Assembly: GCA_045544835.1 (NCBI GenBank)
Contig: JAZPZS010000001.1
Coordinates: 1-57,643, forward strand
Reading direction: 5' to 3'
From: Bacteroidaceae bacterium
GTDB taxonomy: Bacteria > Bacteroidota > Bacteroidia > Bacteroidales > Bacteroidaceae
Length of the DNA stretch: 57,643 nt
In this document: in pieces, positions 36,001-43,088 of the stretch
Layout of the letters: each line of letters begins with the position of its first letter
How positions within the stretch are numbered: position 1 is the first letter of the stretch
The notes under the pieces: generated by a model
The model's input: the letters and a program-made list of their open reading frames with translations, nothing else
The model's database searches: none
Told to the model about the DNA's origin: nothing
Made by a program: the position numbers and the translations under genes

Positions 36001-36429
36001 GTCAGCATCAGTATCATCAGCGCAAATGTTGGTGAACACTTTGGTATCAGCTACTGTGGTACCATTCTCATACAGAAAATAAATAGTAGCCTTCTTGCCA
36101 TCAGCTTCCTTGTTACGATACGCTGTCACAAAGATTGAGTCACCCTCTTGGAGAGCCTCATTCAATGTAATAACGATACGAGTTGCATTGGCCGAAGCTT
36201 CCGTATCGGCCACATTCGCTTTCTTGCCGTTCAGGCAAAGGGAATGATACCCTGCGTTGGGATAGTTAGCACGGTCATCAGAACCCATAACGGAAGCCGC
36301 CGTACCACCCTTCTCAATCACTGTACCCTCGGGAGACTCCCATGAGTACACCACATTACCGGATGTCTGGGCAAACGACATGAATGCCACTACGACAGCC
36401 GATAAGAAAGAGATAAATCTTCTTTTCAT
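30043..36429 (-). CDS. Giant (2128-aa) multi-module T9SS cargo surface protein, paralog of 43089..51020
   Basis: Signal peptide is MKRRFISFLSAVVVAFMSFAQ. At least five jelly-roll/CBM-like modules carry a recurring '(F/C)xE(K/R)W' motif and end in 'W(V/M)G(L/F/I)(D/T)N(V/F/I)'. They alternate with Ala-rich helical linkers (FIVAR-like). A flavodoxin/GATase1-like segment reads 'YDVVVVAGNTGSG...HPIFGGI'. A Big_2 domain and a T9SS CTD '...ERGIYIINGKKVLVK' follow. Confidence 0.85.
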   Translation of the reverse strand: MKRRFISFLSAVVVAFMSFAQTSGNVVYSWESPEGTVIEKGGTAASVMGSDDRANYPNAGYHSLCLNGKKANVADTEASANATRIVITLNEALQEGDSIFVTAYRNKEADGKKATIYFLYENGTTVADTKVFTNICADDTDADYDDDGAEPNTHGYLVPAEAAGSKTITLTRNDGGTNLFITKFVIVRQAAEETPVEPETPADPVVYTMVQNEADLVAGGKYLIMAEVDGGWVALSDQSDKIRVPSDTLTISENYTVETVVATAIAEAPAKFEGVAYALTLEGEAGAWKFKDELNGAYLHWASGNYLVNDAEGSAWTIGFNQYGHNAVITHAVTTERVLQYNASSPRFCAYTSVQKPVYLFKAGEVTVAPVAPSNPSFNTIAELLAFEVGNVVDLNVNKAKITYLSGNNMSITDGVDTLAVYDYNIPADYAVGGWLSGKITATLGEYKGNKQLTVVDWSEVTLKTPVTVESPWVGAAIENGVTYYLYNVKSNAFLKGGNDWGTRASFGEDAVAFVAEGSGNVYGLKSTYGSYLGDGLYVDQAKKDFVFDEVGEGIYTIAKDGAYVGYDGGNVVVTAAEVNDGSYWQLLTKESIVADMVAADATTPYHVTALITCANFGRNDQAISAWTGGPSVAGDNDNFCAEKWNAGISTVTQTLTGLPNGTYKLQAQGLYRMGGVDAAVALRDAGTEVYDVKFFANTDSVLVMSVMDEAGKLDGVGDAYGTYGTAPNNRNHASKFFNAGYYEHELYFTVTDGTAVIGVANNTGASADWLVFDNFRLTYYGTATVEEIELAKLQEYIDAVTVLVATAKAVEATYAEAAKTELDAAVAVAEAALATPTQETLVAVVAPLEAAIARAERSVAINATAPAASLTAPVAFTQFVTNPDMANGTINGWTAASGWQFQSNNVYTGEGAELNKFQERWNAGTGLGNTATVQALLDMPNGIYRVSADVMATAQYNEDPEGYTTGAYWVANGDSLAVATPNEVPERVTVETIVTDGVLTIGLVGVNTTANWMGLDNVEVLFYGAEPAAEWIDITAERIVNGDLSSETGWTGAGVDDHFAEKCKFLAFYAGWGSLETPTAASLKQDVTLPAGEYRLTGKAFFRQGEAYSTNPTKSLGYMVAGENKVLVKTLGSVEGLSAYANSAEEGATAFYTNDLYTNVLEFTLAEETTLSIGYECDFDEMRSWMGLGSMKLEKKYTIKDRFMEVKNDYDMLAGSSMSLYSLSGVNARYMELSDKSWAIAQDIDNASIVEMNELIPAMVALAAEVKAIEVFFNDVFTPAKFACYDIQDNSTAKTPEAAAAFEDVVSLTYNVAGITDLAALQALADTLEYARRQYVVNAIPNKDFSFDYTFLVEGVGNSTNGWVKAFDSNFNRNYQYQNSDNKNTETLKKNGYIEAWNNGANFTGTLTYEATLPNGYYTVSAYAFTDGATSFVANTEAVVVEKTGMYVQPVIDSVLVKNGKMTFGLNIEGATWVGITNIELAYTGDVPADIRKAAFVERYTAMEVFSQEQLGYAWNGINNTYFWPVMDAAMAIKDTIDNVTDMALLDSMMAEMDKAEAAVLEAYVVGDEYNVIKNLFWNAADNSVAATDEVRMAMEMALENSNYAGYNIATIEALETAVADIKAAYLAYVTNAIANEGYKFDATFMLVNPSFETGDLTGWEANKANDTGVKPNTDGTYTMAGCDGDYLFNTWYGTGIYVQQTVKELPAGTYALSVVVASDDILLNITAGNKTIEHLCQGGKGTGSVVVVDSVAHEGGDFLVKVATVNNDWFKADNFQLHCLGVEDKIDVAYLCGATESTEAIYNALVAADYNVTALNYDDVSLTEEIVANDFVGKYDVVVVAGNTGSGTNLAKTANLLVGKVPVLSTKSFWYKHYGTNGDNPGTADNPSRFLVKTVAEHPIFGGIAGDTITVFNDMAKETGRYLQQNGTFADEKLAQTTLGTANGADCIGEAWVGDMGWLIIPVDGAQPEGYLTEAGKALFVNAVAYLVAGEKYEASVVEVATVTLDKTEAELTEAGATVQLTATVAPENATDKAITWTSSDEKVATVDANGLVTAVANGTATITATAANGVKAECVITVNIVDGIEAIEAVENAVIYTITGKAVQGDVKTLERGIYIINGKKVLVK
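30184..30423 (-). other. Big_2 (bacterial Ig-like group 2) domain of giant protein 1
   Basis: The sequence 'VTLDKTEAELTEAGATVQLTATVAPENATDKAITWTSSDEKVATVDANGLVTAVANGTATITATAANGVKAECVITV' matches the Big_2 pattern. Confidence 0.8.
32365..33318 (-). repeat. About 315-aa module of giant protein 1, collinear with 47307..48254 of giant protein 2
   Basis: Protein-level matches include 'VTLPAGEYRLTGKAFFRQGE' vs 'VTLPAGIYRLTGKAFFRQGE', 'NVLEFTLAEETTLSIGYE' vs 'NVLEFTLTEETTLNIGYE', 'YDIQDNSTA' in both, and 'FSFDYTFLV' in both. Confidence 0.85.
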
Positions 36430-36704
36430 AAAGTAGTAATTTTGGTTAATAAATAAGTTAATTAGTTTGTTTTTCTATTCGTTTTAACGAGCGAATTTAG
36501 ACATTTTTACATTCTCGGCCAATTTTAAGAAGATTTATTTACCCGAAAAAGCCGTTTTTATGTTGCATAACATGTTTTTACCCAGTCTCACTGTGGTGAA
36601 ACTGGAGTCTCTATGCAATGGGACTGGAATTTCTCTGTGGTGAGACCCGAGTCTCACTGCAAAGAAATTTTTTGGTACTCATACAGAAGCACCATTGATC
36701 TTTT

Positions 36705-36737
36705 GACCACAGAAATCACACAGATTACTCGGATTCC
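36705..36737 (+). repeat. Solo copy of the CACRGATT-type repeat array
   Basis: The sequence gaccacagaaatcacacagattactcggattcc lies just downstream of the histidine kinase gene end. Confidence 0.6.
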
Positions 36738-36783
36738 TGTACTTGTATGTCGCTCACACCCGTCTTGGAGAATGGCCGACAGG

Positions 36784-38061
36784 TTAGCGGTGGGAAGCGA
36801 CCATGAAGCAATGTCTGTTGCTTTCGTAGGAATAGGTGACGGTGAGGTTGCTGACTTCACAGATAGCCTTGACAATGGAGAGGCCGAGGCCGTTGGAGTG
36901 TCTCTTGCCATGATGTGCCTTGTAGAAGCGATTGAAGAGGCAAGCGCTATCGAGCGGTTCTCCGTCACCGGTATTGGATATGCTGAGTGCACCGTCGGCA
37001 ATGTAGACATCCACAGTGCCGCCATCAACATTGTGCAGGCAAGCATTGCGCAGGAGGTTGGCGACCAAAGAGCCGATGAGCTCGTCATTGGCTGTGAGTG
37101 TCCACTGCTGCTTGTCGTAGACATTGATACGGATATCGCGAGAAGCATACACCTCGGCAAGAAGGTCGGCCTGACGGTGCACCTTTTCGTTGATGCTCAC
37201 AGCTGTTTGCTCTATGTATTGGTTGTTCTCAATCTTAGAGAGGAAGAGCAATGATTTGTTGAGGCGGATGAGCTCCGAGATGGTTTGCTGCATCTTGGCC
37301 AGTTCGCCCATCTGCTGCTCAGTGATTGCAGGGTCGTCCATCATCAGTTCGATACGGTTCTGGCAGATGGCCAATGGGGTCTGCAACTCGTGCGATGCAT
37401 CACCGATGAAGCGGCGTTCACGCTCGTAGGCTTCTTCCACACGGTCAATACAGTCATTCACCGATGCGATGAGATGGCTAAACTCCGTGACATCCGTATC
37501 GTCGACAAGCGGTTCATGGTGACCTATGCGGTAATCGTCGAGATGGCGGAGCACACGATAGAGGGGACGAGTGTGACGGACAAACACCCAAGCGAAGACG
37601 GCAATGACGACAAGGAGCATGGCAACCAACAAGATGAAGGTCGACACGAGTATGGTGCTGATGACCTCGTTGCGTTCATACACAGGGGTCATCACCGTAA
37701 GCCGCCGGTACGACCCGTCGGCACACTCAAACACGGTGTGCATGACACGCGCCGGCTCGTCCTCGTGACGCGATGCCACATAGATATTCTTGTACTCATA
37801 CTCAACCCTCTTGCCAATGCCCAGCTCTGAAGTGGAGAGCACACGCAGGAAATAGGTATTGTTGGATCCATCGGCACTGTCGGGCAAAGTCTCGCCAGCA
37901 AGGTAACGACGGATAATCTGCTCGGAATATACCTCTAACTGATCGTCCACCTCATCGATGAGTTCATCGCTAAGGATAAAGTAGAACGCCGCTGCCCACA
38001 CTCCGAAGATAAGGATGAGCGGCAAGATGAGGCTTCGGAGGGCATGTGTGGTAAGTTTCAT
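36784..38061 (-). CDS. Two-component sensor histidine kinase
   Basis: 425 aa with two TM segments. The H-box is 'DASHELQTPLAICQNRIELM' and the HATPase region is 'NLLRNACLHN...ISNTGDG...NGLGLSIVKAI'. Confidence 0.9.
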   Translation of the reverse strand: MKLTTHALRSLILPLILIFGVWAAAFYFILSDELIDEVDDQLEVYSEQIIRRYLAGETLPDSADGSNNTYFLRVLSTSELGIGKRVEYEYKNIYVASRHEDEPARVMHTVFECADGSYRRLTVMTPVYERNEVISTILVSTFILLVAMLLVVIAVFAWVFVRHTRPLYRVLRHLDDYRIGHHEPLVDDTDVTEFSHLIASVNDCIDRVEEAYERERRFIGDASHELQTPLAICQNRIELMMDDPAITEQQMGELAKMQQTISELIRLNKSLLFLSKIENNQYIEQTAVSINEKVHRQADLLAEVYASRDIRINVYDKQQWTLTANDELIGSLVANLLRNACLHNVDGGTVDVYIADGALSISNTGDGEPLDSACLFNRFYKAHHGKRHSNGLGLSIVKAICEVSNLTVTYSYESNRHCFMVASHR

Positions 38062-38735
38062 TTCTCAACCAGTTTATATCCCATACCATATACAGCAACA
38101 ATCTCGATGCCTGAGTTCCATGCCGTGAGGCGCTTACGCAGGTTCTTGATCTGTGCATACACGAAATCGTAGCTGTCCACATCATCGAAATGGTCGCCCC
38201 AGATGGCCTCGGCCAACATGCTCTTGCTGACAAGGCGGCCAGGGCGTTGCATAAAGTAAAGCAGAACGTCAAACTCCTTTCGCGAGAGGTCGACCTTCGT
38301 GTCGCCTACCCACACATCAAAGGTGTGGGGATCGACCTTCACGTTGCCGCAACTGATGAACATCTCGCCACCTTGATTGCCTCGACGCATGACACTCTTG
38401 ATACGCGAAAGCAATTCGGCCAGATGGAAGGGCTTGGCCAGATAATCATCGGCACCGAGGTCGAGGCCCTCGACCTTGTCCTCTATCGTATCGCGTGCCG
38501 AGATGATGATCAGGTTGCCAGCCTTCTTCATTGCCTTAAGTTCACGCAGAAGGTTCAGCCCATTCCCATCGGGAAGGTTGATGTCGAGGAGGATACAATC
38601 ATACACATAATCGGAAATCTTGACAAGTCCCGTACGATAGTCGGGCGCCACCTCCACGACGTAGCGTTCACGCTCCAATGTCTCGCGCAATATCTCTTGG
38701 AAAGAGAGGTCGTCTTCGATGATTAGGATTTTCAT
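38058..38735 (-). CDS. OmpR/PhoB-family response regulator
   Basis: The receiver reads 'MKILIIEDD...CILLDINLPDGNG...ADDYLAKPF' and the winged-helix reads 'LSRKEFDVLLYFMQRPGRLVSK...YGMGYKL'. It overlaps the kinase gene by 4 nt. Confidence 0.92.
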   Translation of the reverse strand: MKILIIEDDLSFQEILRETLERERYVVEVAPDYRTGLVKISDYVYDCILLDINLPDGNGLNLLRELKAMKKAGNLIIISARDTIEDKVEGLDLGADDYLAKPFHLAELLSRIKSVMRRGNQGGEMFISCGNVKVDPHTFDVWVGDTKVDLSRKEFDVLLYFMQRPGRLVSKSMLAEAIWGDHFDDVDSYDFVYAQIKNLRKRLTAWNSGIEIVAVYGMGYKLVEK

Positions 38736-38760
38736 AGGATTAGGATTAAGAATCAGAGAA

Positions 38761-39744
38761 TCAGTCCACCACCCAAGCGGGGTTATGCGCTTTGGTATCC
38801 TTGGGATTGTAGTGCAATGCCTTGGGATCGGGAATACGTATGCGATAGGTACGCCCCGACTTGTTGTTCATCGTATACTCGCGCAACCAAGGGTTCTCTT
38901 CCTTGAGTTGGGCAACGGTCACTCCATGCTGCTTGGCAAATGCGGTGAGGTCATCAATCTGCTGGGTAGTAGTAACAATCGTCTTGGGAGGGATGTAAGG
39001 GTATAGCTGCTCACTACGCAACACGAAACCATATGCCTTGGGATTCTCCAGCACCCTCTTGGCTGCCAATATGCGGAACATATAACGCGAAGTTTCCTCG
39101 ACGAGCCATAGGTCCAACGCCTTGCTTGCTCCCTGCTGCTCGAGCCGACGCGATATGCCATTCTGCCCAGCATTGTAACTAGCCGCCACGGTCATCCAGT
39201 CGCCATACATCTCATATGACTCCTTGAGGTAGTCACATGCCGCGCGTGTGGCCTTCTCCAGGTTGTAACGTTCATCGATGTTTTCGTTCACCTCCAATCC
39301 GTACTTACGGCCAGTAGCTTGTATGAACTGCCACATACCTGCTGCCCCCACGGGCGACTTGGCCAGCGGACTCAGATTACTCTCTATAACCATCAAGTAC
39401 TTCAGGTCATCGGGCACACCACACTCCTTCAAGATAGGTTCCACTATGGGGAAGTAGCGGTTTGCCCGCTTTATCATGAGTAATGTCAGTTGGTGCGAAT
39501 AGGTGAACGCCGTAATCTCACGGTCCATGCGCTCGCGCAGGTCGGCACGGTCGAGGCGTATCACCTCATCGGCAAACGCCACTTCGGCAGGGACCTGTGG
39601 AGCGACGGTCGGCGTTGCCACTTCAGATTGTGGCATCTCATTACTACCTACCACTTGGTTTCCGAGTAGCAATGGCAATGCGGCACCTACAGCCATCCAA
39701 AGGGCCGCAAAAGCTGTATGATGCAATAGTCGTTTAGGGTTCAT
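38761..39744 (-). CDS. Lytic transglycosylase (SLT domain) protein
   Basis: The SLT motif is 'LMVIESNLSPLAKSPVGAAGMWQFIQATGRKYGL' with 'AASYNAGQNG'. I chose the start at MNPKRLL (ATG 39742-39744), 2 nt after the CYTH stop. The track ORF start at 39765 would overlap the CYTH gene by 19 nt. Confidence 0.8.
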   Translation of the reverse strand: MNPKRLLHHTAFAALWMAVGAALPLLLGNQVVGSNEMPQSEVATPTVAPQVPAEVAFADEVIRLDRADLRERMDREITAFTYSHQLTLLMIKRANRYFPIVEPILKECGVPDDLKYLMVIESNLSPLAKSPVGAAGMWQFIQATGRKYGLEVNENIDERYNLEKATRAACDYLKESYEMYGDWMTVAASYNAGQNGISRRLEQQGASKALDLWLVEETSRYMFRILAAKRVLENPKAYGFVLRSEQLYPYIPPKTIVTTTQQIDDLTAFAKQHGVTVAQLKEENPWLREYTMNNKSGRTYRIRIPDPKALHYNPKDTKAHNPAWVVD

Positions 39745-39746
39745 CG

Positions 39747-40223
39747 TCACTCTTCTTTTCCCCATGTGCTGTAGGGGTGTTTACTGATGTAAGCATTGTA
39801 ATAGCGCGGATTGCCAGTGACCTCTGCACCGAGAAATGCAGGGCGGTCAAAAGCTTCATTAACCTCAGACAGTTCAATCTCTGCGAAGACTAGTCCTTCG
39901 TTCTCACCATGAAACTCATCGACCTCAACAATATGCTTCCCATTGCGCACAAGATAGCGTGTCTTCTCTATACGCCCGGCACGGCAAAGCGAAAAGAGTT
40001 CGCGAGCATCCTGCAAGGTAATCTCCTTCTCCCACTCGAAGCGACTTATGCCATCCATCGAAGGGCCTTTAATGGTAAGGTATCCCTGGTCGCCACGAGT
40101 GCGCACCCGTACCGTATGCCCATGGCCACTACAGATATAGCCCTGCAATATCTCCGAACTATCGTAAGCCAACGTACGATAGCTGCCGTCGGTGACAAGG
40201 AATTTACGTTCTATCTCCTGCAT
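39747..40223 (-). CDS. CYTH-domain protein (CyaB/ThTPase-like triphosphate tunnel enzyme)
   Basis: 158 aa with the N-terminal 'EIERKFLV' signature and later 'VEVDEFHGENEGLVFAEIE'. Confidence 0.85.
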   Translation of the reverse strand: MQEIERKFLVTDGSYRTLAYDSSEILQGYICSGHGHTVRVRTRGDQGYLTIKGPSMDGISRFEWEKEITLQDARELFSLCRAGRIEKTRYLVRNGKHIVEVDEFHGENEGLVFAEIELSEVNEAFDRPAFLGAEVTGNPRYYNAYISKHPYSTWGKEE

Positions 40224-41335
40224 TATTCCTCTTCCGAATTAGACATGAGGTACGACTTGATGAAGCCGTCAATCTTACCATCCATCACACCACCCACATC
40301 GGAGGTCTGATGTCCCGTGCGATGGTCCTTCACGCGACGGTCGTCAAAGACGTAGCTTCGTATCTGCGAGCCCCACTCAATCTTTTTCTTTCCAGCCTCC
40401 ACCTTGGCCTGCTCCTCCATACGATGCTGCAGTTCGCGGTCGTAGAGCTGCGAGCGCAGCAAGCGCAGTGCATTCTCCTTGTTCTTGGGTTGGTCGCGGG
40501 TCTCGGTGTTCTCAATCATGATCTCCTCCTGCACCCCAGTATAAGGGTCGGTATATTGGTAACGCAAACGCACGCCCGACTCTACCTTGTTCACATTCTG
40601 TCCACCGGCACCACCGCTTCGGAAAGTATCCCATGAGAGCAGGGCAGGATTGATTTCAATCTCAATGCTATCGTCAATGAGCGGTGTCACAAATACTGAA
40701 GCGAAGGAGGTCATGCGCTTTCCCTGTGCATTATAAGGGGACACACGCACCAAGCGGTGCACACCGTTCTCGCTCTTCAGGTAACCGTAGGCAAAGGGAC
40801 CCTCGAGCTCCATGGTCACGGTCTTGATACCCGCCTCATCACCATCCTGAAGGGTTGAGATGCGGAGGTTGTAGCCGTTGGTCTCGGCCCAACGCATGTA
40901 CATACGCATCAGCATCGACGCCCAGTCCTGTGCCTCGGTGCCACCGGCACCGGCATTGATCTTGAGCACGCAGTCCATATTGTCGGCCTCCTCGCGCAGC
41001 ATGTTCTTCAACTCCAACTCCTCGATGGCCTCAAGTGCGGTAGCATAGGCGGCATCCAGCTCGGCCTCGGTGATGAGCTCGTCCTTGCAGAACTCGAAGG
41101 CTACTTCCACCTCGTCGGCAAGGCTCTTCACGTTCTTGTACCCATCGATCCATGCCTGCAGCTCCTTCACCTTCTTCATCTGCGCCTCAGCCTTCTTGGC
41201 ATCGTCCCAGAACCCCGGCACCTGTGTGCGCAGCTGTTCCTCCTCTACCTGTATCTTCTTGTCCTCGATGGCGAGGTAACGGTTGAGCGCCTCCGTGCGC
41301 TCCTTGATATCCTTCAGTTGGTCAAGTGTAATCAT
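40223..41335 (-). CDS. prfB: Peptide chain release factor 2 (single uninterrupted ORF)
   Basis: 370 aa with the 'SPF'-region, 'RSGGAGGQNVNKVESGVRL' (GGQ) and 'DHRT'. No internal in-frame stop occurs near codon 25. A TAATTTTG box lies at 41367-41374. Confidence 0.95.
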   Translation of the reverse strand: MITLDQLKDIKERTEALNRYLAIEDKKIQVEEEQLRTQVPGFWDDAKKAEAQMKKVKELQAWIDGYKNVKSLADEVEVAFEFCKDELITEAELDAAYATALEAIEELELKNMLREEADNMDCVLKINAGAGGTEAQDWASMLMRMYMRWAETNGYNLRISTLQDGDEAGIKTVTMELEGPFAYGYLKSENGVHRLVRVSPYNAQGKRMTSFASVFVTPLIDDSIEIEINPALLSWDTFRSGGAGGQNVNKVESGVRLRYQYTDPYTGVQEEIMIENTETRDQPKNKENALRLLRSQLYDRELQHRMEEQAKVEAGKKKIEWGSQIRSYVFDDRRVKDHRTGHQTSDVGGVMDGKIDGFIKSYLMSNSEEE

Positions 41336-41366
41336 TTAATTTTTCGGGTTTTTGTATTTCAATTTG

Positions 41367-41374
41367 CAAAATTA
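41367..41374 (-). promoter_or_regulatory. -7 box TAATTTTG for the prfB-CYTH-SLT-RR-HK operon
   Basis: The plus strand reads caaaatta, 31 nt upstream of the prfB ATG. The downstream genes are separated by 25 nt or less. Confidence 0.55.
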
Positions 41375-41766
41375 GTGCAAGGCAAGTGAAAAAGCAAGTT
41401 TCAACGAGTGAAGGTAATGGAAAAGTTTACTTTTCTATTGCTGAGTGCCGACGCGGAGCATTAGCGTCGGTTAACTTACTGTTTTCCTCCTTCGCACCTC
41501 GGCCATTCAAGCAAGCTTGATGGCTCTCGGTTTGGCGTCGGTTGCGACGGCAGCGCGGAGCATTAGCGCTGCTTGCGACAAAGGGGAGGTTTATCTCCCC
41601 CAGAGGAGCGTGCTTTAGCACCATACCTTTATCTTCTCAAAGGAGCACACTTTAGTATTAGCCCCCCCATAAAATCAAGTTTACTTGCATTTTCCGAGTT
41701 GCCCCCAAATTCAAAGCGTGGCAACAGGCATTAAAGCCCCAACAAGCGAAGGGGAAACAACAGCAA

Positions 41767-41795
41767 GTGGGGCGGCTGCTTTGCAACCGCCCCAC
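41767..41795 (-). terminator. Hairpin terminator after the 418-aa cohesin-like gene
   Basis: The hairpin is GTGGGGCGG-(11 nt)-CCGCCCCAC. The minus strand follows with TTGCTGTTGTTT. Confidence 0.5.
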
Positions 41796-41823
41796 TACTA
41801 TTGTGATATCCCTATGGGAACAT

Positions 41824-43080
41824 TTATTTCTTCACCATCTTGAAGACACGCGTGGTGCCGTCTTCATACTCAGCAGACACGATGGTGATGCCGTGTTCGG
41901 GTGAATCTACCTCGACACCGTTTTCCTTGTAGTAACGGCGCGATACGATGCGCATCTGCGACTGGGCGATGTCGGTACCAATGACAGCCAGCTCGGCAGT
42001 CTCACCGCTGCGTACGGCAATGGCGCTCACTACGGCATCCTCAACCACCTCAAACGGAGCGGTATAGATGCTACCCTCTATGGGGTCACCATTGATAGCA
42101 TAGAGGATGGTCACGTCTTCATCTTCACAAGAGATAGTCACCACGCCATTCTCACAGGTAATCACCGGTGTGGGCAGCTCTTCTATCTCAGTAATGATGA
42201 TGGTATCGACCTTCTCGATCACGAGGGTATCAACCTCTACGATGGTCTCGGTGACAACGAGAGTATCAACTACGGTCTCGGTGACAACGAGAGTGTCAAC
42301 GATAGTGATGTAGTCTACATCAGAGAACACGACATCTTCCGTAGCGGTCTCTTCATACATATTGTCTTTGACAGCAACAGGCACTCCATTACGCTTCATG
42401 CTGCTCACCTGATAGCCCTCGAATGGGATAAAGTAGAACTTGATCTCACTGCCGTCCTTGAAAGCTTCTGTGCGAACGTATGAGCCATTAGGTTCTATGA
42501 CATTGCCTCCGAAGATACAGCGTCCATACTGACCGGCATTCACCGCCACACTACGATTCGGGATTACAATCACAGGTTCCTCTGAATACGTGATCTGAAA
42601 GTCAACCTGTCCTAAATCGTACTCTGCTACAGGATCGGATGTAGAGAACAGCATTTTGCTGAGTGTTGCCGTATAGTCACCCACTGCTACCTCATCTGTG
42701 GCCACAATGCGGAAGCTGACAATCTCGCCTGACGTTCCCTTGAACGTAGCATTTGTACTGGAGTATGCAGCGATTCGGATAGTTCCGTCATCCAAGACAT
42801 TAGGCGCCACCTGATGGGTCGATTTCTTACGGGATGCGTTCAGTGTGACATCAAGCACCTCTTCCTCATCCTCGTTGATCATTGTTGCCACATCGAAACC
42901 GTCGGGCAGTTTCAAGTCTACCTGAAATGCCGTGAACGCCAATTCATTGGCAAGTTCCACAGACACGAGTACAGAGCTACCCTTTTTCAGTTCAACATTG
43001 TTGACTGTCACGGTGTTCTGAGCTTGCAGGGCACCGAGTGCCACTGCAAGTCCTACAATCATAGAAAACATTCTTTTCAT
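41824..43080 (-). CDS. Secreted 418-aa protein: N-terminal cohesin-like module, middle beta domain, Fn3-associated-like module, possible T9SS CTD
   Basis: Signal peptide is MKRMFSMIVGLAVALGALQAQ. The cohesin-like module reads 'LKKGSSVLVSVELANELAFTAFQVDLKLPDGF...IRIAAYSSTNATFKGTSGEIVSFRI'. A later stretch is 'VTISCEDEDVTILYAINGDPIEGSIYTAPFEV'. Its start lies 8 nt after the stop of the giant gene. Confidence 0.75.
   Translation of the reverse strand: MKRMFSMIVGLAVALGALQAQNTVTVNNVELKKGSSVLVSVELANELAFTAFQVDLKLPDGFDVATMINEDEEEVLDVTLNASRKKSTHQVAPNVLDDGTIRIAAYSSTNATFKGTSGEIVSFRIVATDEVAVGDYTATLSKMLFSTSDPVAEYDLGQVDFQITYSEEPVIVIPNRSVAVNAGQYGRCIFGGNVIEPNGSYVRTEAFKDGSEIKFYFIPFEGYQVSSMKRNGVPVAVKDNMYEETATEDVVFSDVDYITIVDTLVVTETVVDTLVVTETIVEVDTLVIEKVDTIIITEIEELPTPVITCENGVVTISCEDEDVTILYAINGDPIEGSIYTAPFEVVEDAVVSAIAVRSGETAELAVIGTDIAQSQMRIVSRRYYKENGVEVDSPEHGITIVSAEYEDGTTRVFKMVKK
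42244..42303 (-). repeat. In-frame 30-bp tandem repeat (2 copies plus a degenerate third at 42211-42243)
   Basis: The unit ggtctcggtgacaacgagagt(a/g)tcaac occurs twice. It encodes 'DTLVVTETVVDTLVVTETIV'. Confidence 0.8.
42631..43020 (-). other. Cohesin-like module of the 418-aa protein
   Basis: It shares the pattern 'AFQ(F/V/L)D(L/V)xLP(E/D/A)G' and '(I/L)RV(A/V)AY(S/A)..NASF.G..G' with the two modules at the C-terminus of 43089..51020. Confidence 0.6.
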
Positions 43081-43088
43081 AATTCTCC

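Noticed and set aside
40223-41335. Programmed +1 frameshift site in prfB.
   Set aside because: The RF2 ORF is continuous from the first Met ('..LNRYLAIEDKKIQ..'). There is no in-frame UGA around codon 25 and no upstream short ORF, so this copy does not use the autoregulatory frameshift.
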